Shown here: in pieces, positions 1-6,538 of the stretch
How positions within the stretch are numbered: the first letter of the stretch is position 1
Layout of the letters: each line of letters begins with the position of its first letter
Virus genome (UHGV): UHGV-1730466
DNA length: 14,875 nt
Reading direction: 5' to 3' (one strand)
DNA from: a virus
Made by a program: the position numbers and the translations under genes
The notes under the pieces: model-generated
The model's database searches: none
Told to the model about the DNA's origin: nothing
The model's input: the letters and a program-made list of their open reading frames with translations, nothing else

Positions 1-2
1 TC

Positions 3-239
3 ATGGGTGAGCCTCAAAGGGTTGAGTATGACGGCAAGTATAGCTATCACGTATGGTGGTCAGTAACCAGCACGGTAGGTTTTACATACATGGATGTTGA
101 AGAGTTATCCCCTTCAAGGGTTATCGCAAAGTTTGATAACTGCATCCTAAAAGAATGGAAAGATCGCAGTAAGGCAAAGTCTGTATACAATACAATCACA
201 CACAGTTCACCAGGTACAGCGATTAAAGATTTCAATTAG
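3..239 (+). CDS. Hypothetical protein, 78 aa; possibly the 3' part of a gene that begins before the window
   Basis: ORF in track; the ATG sits at nt 3 so the true start may lie upstream; followed by a hairpin plus T-run at 246-268. No motif recognised. Confidence 0.3.
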   Translation: MGEPQRVEYDGKYSYHVWWSVTSTVGFTYMDVEELSPSRVIAKFDNCILKEWKDRSKAKSVYNTITHSSPGTAIKDFN

Positions 240-245
240 CAAAAC

Positions 246-268
246 GCCCGGCTAATCCCGGGCTTTTT
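246..268. terminator. Rho-independent terminator hairpin (gcccgg / ccgggc stem, then TTTTT), shared by convergent genes
   Basis: Stem 246-251 pairs with 258-263, loop ctaatc, T-run 264-268 on the plus strand; the reverse complement is also followed by a T-rich stretch. Confidence 0.55.
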
Positions 269-935
269 CTTGCTCGCTATTTTCCATTCTTTTTAGTATC
301 TCCATAGCCTCCCTCATTCCATCGTCATAAGCCTTTTTATCCAGTAATACATCTGGTCGTTTTTGTTTGTTTCTCGCTTCTGGCGGCGTTTTAGCACGTA
401 CTGCGGCCCTATATCCGGTCATTGTCATGTTCCACGCTTCTGATTCGGATAATCCCAGGTGAGCCACGGCAGAATAAACATACTCCAGAACATCGAATAC
501 AGGTGTGTAGCCACCATCTTGCGGTTGTTCTGCCGCCTTGTTTTCCGGTCCGTCGCCAATGAGTCCATGAAAGAGAAGATGTTTCGCAAGTGTGATAACG
601 TCCTCAACGGGAATAATCCCATATCTTAACTTCAACTTCCCGCTCAGGGTGATCTCGCATGTGCCTATCAGGTGCGATATGTCGCTATCTGTGCACGCTT
701 TTAATACCAGCATGGATGTTTGTACCATCTCACCATAACACCGCGCCAGAATGCGATTGCGAAGCTCTGGATCTACTGGCAATCTGTTGGGGTATTTGCC
801 GCCATGAACAATGGCGAATGCCTGCACCAGGTCGATACTATTCTCTATCTTCGCCATAGCTGCAAAGGATGGAGTAAACACATAACTAACTCCGGCAACC
901 GTGATGGCGCACTGCCCAATCTTGATGTGGAACAT
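252..935 (-). CDS. Hypothetical phage protein, 227 aa (a tail assembly chaperone is possible from position only)
   Basis: Long ORF on the operon strand downstream of the putative tail tube gene; no diagnostic motif recognised; charged C-terminal tail. Confidence 0.5.
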   Translation of the reverse strand: MFHIKIGQCAITVAGVSYVFTPSFAAMAKIENSIDLVQAFAIVHGGKYPNRLPVDPELRNRILARCYGEMVQTSMLVLKACTDSDISHLIGTCEITLSGKLKLRYGIIPVEDVITLAKHLLFHGLIGDGPENKAAEQPQDGGYTPVFDVLEYVYSAVAHLGLSESEAWNMTMTGYRAAVRAKTPPEARNKQKRPDVLLDKKAYDDGMREAMEILKRMENSEQEKARD

Positions 936-969
936 GCTTTACTCCTTATTTTGTGATCTGCATCGCACT

Positions 970-1013
970 TTTATACAAAATGGCTTCCATTCATGAATGA
1001 CATTTTGTATAAA
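970..1013. promoter_or_regulatory. Palindromic site in a divergent intergenic region (putative operator)
   Basis: tttatacaaaatg (970-982) is the exact reverse complement of cattttgtataaa (1001-1013); the 18-nt spacer contains the 7+7 palindrome tcattca/tgaatga; lies between the start of the minus 227-aa gene (935) and the plus membrane-protein gene (1052). Confidence 0.4.
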
Positions 1014-1051
1014 GGAGCCAAGCAAAGAGATGTCGGGTTTAACAGGATTAG

Positions 1052-1369
1052 ATGGGGTGGTTTATGTTATACATGATTGGTTTTATCGGTATGCTGGTTA
1101 CCTTTATCGTTGCTGTAAACAACAAAGTAAACTGGTTTCTGGCATTGATTGGGTGCCTTGTGTTCTGGCCTGGTGTATTAATCTACGCGCTCTGTGCCAA
1201 TAAATGCGTGTTTAAGAGCCTCGCCGAAGCAAGAATGTGGGTTGACGCTGAATACCCTGACGCAGATGCGAAACTGAGAAACAGAGTGTCAATGTTCATG
1301 GTTCGCGAGGTCCGCAATAACAAAGACTTGATGGATTTGCCAAAACGCTTTCCTGAACTGAATAAATAA
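1052..1369 (+). CDS. Small membrane protein with two predicted TM helices (moron-like; opposite strand to the structural operon)
   Basis: ORF in track; hydrophobic stretches MLYMIGFIGMLVTFIVAV and WFLALIGCLVFWPGVLIYALCA followed by a charged C-terminus; an alternative start is the ATG at 1064, preceded by GGGGTGG; terminator directly downstream. Confidence 0.5.
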   Translation: MGWFMLYMIGFIGMLVTFIVAVNNKVNWFLALIGCLVFWPGVLIYALCANKCVFKSLAEARMWVDAEYPDADAKLRNRVSMFMVREVRNNKDLMDLPKRFPELNK

Positions 1370-1384
1370 GGAGCGCAAGCAGAA

Positions 1385-1408
1385 AAGGGGCTGAATGGCC
1401 CCTTTGTT
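1385..1408. terminator. Rho-independent terminator (aggggc / gcccct stem, then T-rich), between convergent genes
   Basis: Stem 1386-1391 pairs with 1398-1403, followed by ttgttgttt; sits between the plus gene stop (1369) and the minus gene stop (1411). Confidence 0.5.
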
Positions 1409-1410
1409 GT

Positions 1411-1887
1411 TTATGCGGCAACCGGATCGGTTACAGTTACCTGGCCCGCGCTTTCGCACTCAATGGACCAGGTTGTGACATCATCGTGCGGTGCCTCTTC
1501 TTCGAAAGATGTGCAAAGGAATGGACCCTCAGTCACATCGGTGGGAGTGACGATTTTTAGCCACACGTATGGCTGATTTCCGGTAGCAGTGCCCGGTGAC
1601 ATTACATGACGCTTTAGTTCTTTCTGGTTGTGTAGAGCATCACTACGTGATACGCCGTCGCCGGAGAAAGAAATAGATTTGTAAGTAACCAGGGATTCTT
1701 TGGTATAGTCGGCGGATTTATCAGCGGTGGCGTCTGCGGTTTCCCATTCTACGGAAAGCGTTTTGCCGCGCATCATGCCTAACGCTTTATATGCTTCTTG
1801 ACCAGGTTTCGCATTAGGGCAAGCGATAGCAAAGAATACAGCAACGTCACGGCCTGTAAATGAGCCATTTTTGCAAGTCTCAGACAT
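1411..1887 (-). CDS. Putative major tail (tail tube) protein, 158 aa
   Basis: Size, composition and position after the gp10-like and tail-completion-like genes in a siphovirus-type order; no strict motif, so the assignment is positional. Confidence 0.4.
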   Translation of the reverse strand: MSETCKNGSFTGRDVAVFFAIACPNAKPGQEAYKALGMMRGKTLSVEWETADATADKSADYTKESLVTYKSISFSGDGVSRSDALHNQKELKRHVMSPGTATGNQPYVWLKIVTPTDVTEGPFLCTSFEEEAPHDDVTTWSIECESAGQVTVTDPVAA

Positions 1888-1900
1888 GTTTTATTACCTC

Positions 1901-2287
1901 TTATCTGGATATTATGGTTTGGAAAGCTACGGTAAAAATAAAGCGCCCTTCTCTTGTCTGCATTGCAGGAATAGCGCCTACTGGCTTCATGTGTGTAATT
2001 TTATCAGTTTTATACTCTGTTATCATACTTTGCCGTATAGCGTCGGCGAGGTCTTCCACTTCACCGATATTTGCGTCATTACGCGCCGAAATAACCAGGA
2101 TGCGGAAGTAGTCACGGGTTACTGCTTCTTCACCAGCCGCCCCGCCATTTTGCTGGATAACAATATATCGGTCGTTGTTAGAATTGGATCGCTCATTCCA
2201 GAAACGGGCCTGCAAAATATAACCTTCGTCGTACCCGTGGGATTTAATCCAATCCCTTATTTCGTCGTAAACCTCGCTGCGTTTCAT
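1901..2287 (-). CDS. Putative tail completion / neck protein, 128 aa
   Basis: ORF in track; 4-nt overlap with the upstream gene; position between the gp10-like and tail tube genes. Confidence 0.4.
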   Translation of the reverse strand: MKRSEVYDEIRDWIKSHGYDEGYILQARFWNERSNSNNDRYIVIQQNGGAAGEEAVTRDYFRILVISARNDANIGEVEDLADAIRQSMITEYKTDKITHMKPVGAIPAMQTREGRFIFTVAFQTIISR

Positions 2288-2724
2288 GTCTTGTAACCTT
2301 CTATAATCTCTTTATAAATATTGTCAGCGTTGTTTGGATCTTCGAATGCCTTGCGCAAAAATTCCGGCTCCGCGTTTGGGCCCCAATATTTACCTTTTCC
2401 AGTACCGCCGCCGAATTCAACCCCTTCGCTAGTCTTGCCGAAATGTTCGCGCGGCTGTCCTTTTAATTTACCTGGCATATTGTGCACCCATTCAGCATAC
2501 CGGGCCGTATATCCCAGCCGTAACTGCATACCCTCCGCCGTGTTACCTATATACTGGAATTGACTGTTAATTAAAAAACCCGTATCGATCGGCGTCATGT
2601 TTGCAGCGAATCCACCAGCAACAAGCCCCACTCGCCATAATACATCGTGCGTTTTTCTGTCTGTAATTTCCTTTATTTCCTGCTTCAATCGCTCCCTGAC
2701 GCGTTTAACACCCTTGATAGGCAT
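2284..2724 (-). CDS. HK97 gp10-like head-tail joining protein, 146 aa
   Basis: Motif ANMTPIDTGFLINSQ resembles the conserved TPVDTG.LR.S block of the HK97 gp10 family; glycine-rich middle; tight operon packing. Confidence 0.55.
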   Translation of the reverse strand: MPIKGVKRVRERLKQEIKEITDRKTHDVLWRVGLVAGGFAANMTPIDTGFLINSQFQYIGNTAEGMQLRLGYTARYAEWVHNMPGKLKGQPREHFGKTSEGVEFGGGTGKGKYWGPNAEPEFLRKAFEDPNNADNIYKEIIEGYKT

Positions 2725-2726
2725 GA

Positions 2727-3116
2727 TTAACCCCCTGTCACGATCTTATAATCCGGCGTGTCGTTAAACATACTCATGTCCCATTCAACGATTCCGGTTA
2801 TAAAGTTGGCCCCAGCCGCCAGCGGGTCAGCAATAGCGGCAGTGTCGCCAGTGGCAATCATCCACCCTTTTTCCGGGCGCTGCACTGGCTGCATCTTGTG
2901 AAGCAGTTCGGTATATACGGTTATCGTGTTGCTAACCTCATTCCCGTTTGCGTCTGTTGCGGTTCCGTCAGTACGCTCCCATGCACAATCTACCAGGTAT
3001 GGCGCACCGTACACGTCGGAGTTTGTCCAGTCGTCACGCGTTACGGGGTAAATGGTGGCTAATGCCTTGTAGCTGAATCTCGCGATCTTACTCATAGCCA
3101 TAGCTCCATTTAACAA
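2727..3116 (-). CDS. Putative head-tail connector / head closure protein, 129 aa
   Basis: ORF in track within the connector gene block; the start may be the internal Met (MSKIARF), which reduces the overlap with the upstream 61-aa ORF. Confidence 0.4.
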   Translation of the reverse strand: MLNGAMAMSKIARFSYKALATIYPVTRDDWTNSDVYGAPYLVDCAWERTDGTATDANGNEVSNTITVYTELLHKMQPVQRPEKGWMIATGDTAAIADPLAAGANFITGIVEWDMSMFNDTPDYKIVTGG

Positions 3117-3273
3117 TTTTCGGATGGGTTTTCGCCACGCGCGGGCAAAGAATTACCCATTCACCAGCATCATTGAGATAGGCTGCCACCTGTCGCCCGG
3201 TGTCGGTCTTCACCCACACGCGGGTAAACAGTTTCGGCAATAGCGGATCCGGCAATGTCAGGTCATTCCACAT
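3088..3273 (-). CDS. Small hypothetical protein, 61 aa
   Basis: ORF in track on the operon strand, tightly packed between neighbouring genes. Confidence 0.3.
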   Translation of the reverse strand: MWNDLTLPDPLLPKLFTRVWVKTDTGRQVAAYLNDAGEWVILCPRVAKTHPKIVKWSYGYE

Positions 3274-3275
3274 TG

Positions 3276-3662
3276 TTACATCCTCCCGCTTTTACCTATC
3301 CACAGACCAGCGTGTGCGGTGTTTTGTGGGTCTGCCGGAATTAGTTCTGCTGTACAGTGATTCTTATCAAGGGAGTAAAGCAACGAGTAGGCTGCCTTCC
3401 ATTTCTGATTGAAATCGACATATCGGTATGACTGGCTTGCGCCGTTCGTACCAGTATGCGAGGAAACGTATTTGTTAGCCTGGGTTAGTCCTAACAGGCC
3501 AATCAGGTAAAGTTGAATCAATGTTGCAGTGGAGGCCGGATAGTTGGCATCAAGGCATTCGTTAACGCTGTTTGCCTGCTCCACCAGCAAGGATAAGATA
3601 ACGTCTGGCAGGTCAATACCCTGGCTTTCAAGATATTCCCGCGCCTGTTCTGTAGTGACCAT
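3276..3662 (-). CDS. Putative gp6-like head-tail adaptor, about 128 aa
   Basis: Track ORF runs 3276-3698 but its first 12 codons overlap the terminator hairpin; the internal Met at 3662 (MVTTEQAREYLESQGIDLPDVILSLL) gives an N-terminus resembling gp6-like connector proteins. Confidence 0.4.
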   Translation of the reverse strand: MVTTEQAREYLESQGIDLPDVILSLLVEQANSVNECLDANYPASTATLIQLYLIGLLGLTQANKYVSSHTGTNGASQSYRYVDFNQKWKAAYSLLYSLDKNHCTAELIPADPQNTAHAGLWIGKSGRM

Positions 3663-3680
3663 TTTGTTTTCTCCACATAC

Positions 3681-3710
3681 AAAAAAAATCCCCGGCATTG
3701 CGCCGGGGAG
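3681..3710 (-). terminator. Strong rho-independent terminator directly downstream of the major capsid gene
   Basis: Minus-strand reading ctccccggc-gcaat-gccgggga followed by eight T; perfect 8-bp GC-rich stem (3689-3696 with 3702-3709). Confidence 0.65.
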
Positions 3711-3727
3711 TCACAGAAACATATCAA

Positions 3728-4792
3728 TTAGGTATTGCTGCCGTAGACCACACCCGAACGACCTTTCATATCACAGGTGATCTGAAGCCCCTCAGCAGAC
3801 ATAATGCGGAAGTTGTAGTTATCGGTCGGCATCATGCGCGGTAACGGAACTACGCCAGTGGTCATGCCAATCAGCGGGGTGATGACGCTGCGACTACGCT
3901 GATAAGCGATAAATTCGTTGCCAGTCAGCGCATAGGTCTGGCGAATATCATCAACCGGGACAAACGGCTTGATAACATCCAGTACACTACCAACAATTGC
4001 GCCATTAACGATGTGTGGGCGTGCTAGGTTAGCCATGATTTCTGGCGATACCCACATTACATCGTATTTAGCCACGAAGTTGGCGCGGGCCAGTTTCCCG
4101 AACTCACCAGTGGTAAAGAATTCAATAATCTTATCGAAAGTCGCGGTGGTCAGGTCGATTTTAGCGACAGTTTTCAGTTTAAGTTGCTGGGTGTTTTTGT
4201 GGTTTTTAATACCCATTGCTTTATGACCATCAACCACGATGTTTTCGTTACCTTCAAGGTAGAATTTAACGCGTGCTTTGTTGAATTTTTTCAGTTTCAG
4301 GAGCTGGCTGTCCAGGGCAAGGTCGATGCCTACAGTATTTAAGCCCTGGGCTAAACGCCAGTTAACACCGTAACCCGCTGCGAACATCGGGATCGGGTCG
4401 CCATCGCTGCCGTATTCGGTGTGATCATAGCCGTGAGGCGCCTGACCATCCATAGACATTACGACTTCATCGTTGATGTCGCCGGATACGCTGTACATTT
4501 TCAGCGTTTTACCGATAGGCAGTACGGTTTGCACACCCATCAGGTCGTTGACGATTTCAATACCGATTTCTTCGGTGTTCAGTTCGATAATCTGGTTGTC
4601 GATTTCTTTCCAGAACTCTTTTGCAAAGCCGCCAACGGCGTTACAGGCAATCATTTCAGCGGTCATGTTCGCCTTGTTTGCTGCAATCATGGCGTCATGC
4701 TGATCGTTGAAGATGTTGCGTTGCGCCCACAGTTCTTTCCAATGGCCCTGCATACGGGCGTTGGTAGCGAGGTTTTCTTTAGTAAAGTACAT
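3728..4792 (-). CDS. Major capsid protein, 354 aa
   Basis: Position after the scaffold-like gene and before a strong terminator; size and composition typical of a major head subunit; family assignment (possibly DUF2184-like) is from memory, not a search. Confidence 0.65.
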   Translation of the reverse strand: MYFTKENLATNARMQGHWKELWAQRNIFNDQHDAMIAANKANMTAEMIACNAVGGFAKEFWKEIDNQIIELNTEEIGIEIVNDLMGVQTVLPIGKTLKMYSVSGDINDEVVMSMDGQAPHGYDHTEYGSDGDPIPMFAAGYGVNWRLAQGLNTVGIDLALDSQLLKLKKFNKARVKFYLEGNENIVVDGHKAMGIKNHKNTQQLKLKTVAKIDLTTATFDKIIEFFTTGEFGKLARANFVAKYDVMWVSPEIMANLARPHIVNGAIVGSVLDVIKPFVPVDDIRQTYALTGNEFIAYQRSRSVITPLIGMTTGVVPLPRMMPTDNYNFRIMSAEGLQITCDMKGRSGVVYGSNT

Positions 4793-4809
4793 GTTTTTCC
4801 CCTTTTAAA

Positions 4810-5238
4810 TTAAGCGACGCGAACGCGGATAAAGTCTTCCGCTTCCAGGGTTACGTCTTCCTGGCAGTATGCGACAATCGGATCTGCGGGTGCTGACTCA
4901 AGCGGCTCGGTAAACAGCTTGATGCCAGTGGCGGTAAAAGCAATAGCTGCGCCTTTTTTGTATGCTGCGGCAGGGACACGAAGAGCAAACTCACGGCCCT
5001 GTTCCACATAATCAGCAACAACGGTTGCGTCTTTAGCAATTTCATCAGCAATGGTTTTGCCTTCATGGAATGCCGGGTTAACGATGAAAAGTTGGGCCTT
5101 GCCAACATCTGCAAGGGCTGCTTTAGCGAATTTACCTTCAGCCAGTTTAACCAGTTCACCAGGTTTCACCGCCTCATTGGCTGCATAGGTTTCGGTAATT
5201 GACTTACCATCAATATTTACACGACAAAAACGAAACAT
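4810..5238 (-). CDS. Head-associated structural protein, 142 aa (decoration or accessory protein candidate)
   Basis: ORF in track between the scaffold-like and capsid genes; Ala/Lys-rich. Confidence 0.45.
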   Translation of the reverse strand: MFRFCRVNIDGKSITETYAANEAVKPGELVKLAEGKFAKAALADVGKAQLFIVNPAFHEGKTIADEIAKDATVVADYVEQGREFALRVPAAAYKKGAAIAFTATGIKLFTEPLESAPADPIVAYCQEDVTLEAEDFIRVRVA

Positions 5239-5254
5239 TGTGATCCCCTTTTAA

Positions 5255-6538
5255 TTAGAAATAAGTGTTAAAGTCTGGTACTCCGCCTTTTTTACCTTCG
5301 CTTGCTGCGTTGGTTGCCATCGGCGTTGCGTTGCCCAGGGATTTAAACATTGCTTCTAACGCTTCCCCACTTAATGCGTTAGCAACAATTTCGCCGTGTA
5401 CTTTCGCAACTGCGGCGCGTTTTTCTGCTACTTCTTTATTTGCGTTTGCTGCGATCTCTTCTTTAATCGCTTTCTGATTGGTCTGTAATTCTTCTACGCT
5501 TGCCTGTACTGGTTTAAGTGCTTCAGCTACTGCACTGGCGATATTAGCGGATAAACCTTCGTTAATTTCTTTTACCAGTTCGGCGCGTTCTTCTTTGGTC
5601 AAAGGCATGGGATCGTCCTCCGATTTATTGGCCTTAATTTTTTCATTCAGTGAGAAAAGATTGGATAGGTGTTCAGCGAACTGAACGAACCATGATTTAC
5701 TTTCCTCATTGGTTGCAAGCTCGCCATTATTGAGAATTATTTTATCAGCCTGTTTTTCATACGTGCAAACTTGAGCATTTTCGGCATTAGTAGCAATAGT
5801 CACTTCTTTATCAGTGAAGTCCACGACATAGACATAATCTGCATCGGGGAACAGTTTACGCGCCGCTTCCTCAAGTTGTCTTTCAAGCGTGCGATAGCTG
5901 TTTTCTTTCATTGCCACCGCCATTAACGGCTTCGCCTGGTCAGTGTTAACCATCAGGCCAACGCCCTGTTCAGGCGATGCGGCTGGCGGTTCATGCAGTA
6001 AGATGGCGTCATGGTCAATCGACATGATTTTGACAACGCTGTCAGCACCCTGGGCTTTCATCTCTTCAGTAGCTGGCATACGCTGACGATATACGGCAAC
6101 AGATGACCAGATCGGATCTTTGCTTTCGCCTTTTTCCAGCGCTTCCAGTCGGCTTAATAATTCGCGTCCTTGTTCTGAATGGCTGGCGGTTTCAACATCC
6201 ACCCATTTTTCCACATAAACACGATTGCCGCGTAATTCAACATTTCTGTTCCACGCTCCACAAAAGCCAATATTCAGACCTTCCGGGCTAAATGCGGAAA
6301 CAAATTCACCGTCAACCGTAGGATGGCCCAGCGGTGCGAGTGTGCCTTCCAGTGACTGATAATTAGCAATGATTTCAGCTTCCGGGTAATATTCACGATT
6401 CATAACGATATTGAAGGGCAACGTATACGACGGGACTACAATGTGTTCGCGCCCGTTATATGTTTCCCGGCGGATGGTATTAGCGGTTAATTTGGTATTA
6501 ACCTGAATCAATTCTTTACTCACGGTTTTTACTCCCAA
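5255..6538 (-). CDS. Putative prohead scaffolding / protease protein, 427 aa
   Basis: N-terminal globular part plus a long Ala/Glu/Lys-rich C-terminal region (LTKEERAELVKEINEGL...AEKRAAVAKVHGEIV) typical of scaffolding proteins; position between minor head and capsid genes. Confidence 0.55.
   Translation of the reverse strand: MGVKTVSKELIQVNTKLTANTIRRETYNGREHIVVPSYTLPFNIVMNREYYPEAEIIANYQSLEGTLAPLGHPTVDGEFVSAFSPEGLNIGFCGAWNRNVELRGNRVYVEKWVDVETASHSEQGRELLSRLEALEKGESKDPIWSSVAVYRQRMPATEEMKAQGADSVVKIMSIDHDAILLHEPPAASPEQGVGLMVNTDQAKPLMAVAMKENSYRTLERQLEEAARKLFPDADYVYVVDFTDKEVTIATNAENAQVCTYEKQADKIILNNGELATNEESKSWFVQFAEHLSNLFSLNEKIKANKSEDDPMPLTKEERAELVKEINEGLSANIASAVAEALKPVQASVEELQTNQKAIKEEIAANANKEVAEKRAAVAKVHGEIVANALSGEALEAMFKSLGNATPMATNAASEGKKGGVPDFNTYF

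Noticed and set aside
1860-2296. Plus-strand ORFs (83 and 141 aa) overlapping the minus-strand tail genes
   Set aside because: Antisense to well-packed operon genes, composition unlike real proteins, no RBS; judged spurious.
4421-4813. Plus-strand ORFs (130 and 76 aa) inside the major capsid gene
   Set aside because: Antisense shadow ORFs within a confidently called capsid gene.
4851-5159. Minus-strand 102-aa ORF in an alternative frame of the 142-aa head gene
   Set aside because: Overlaps the longer operon-frame ORF in a different frame; Leu/Pro/Ser-rich low-complexity translation; no independent start signal.
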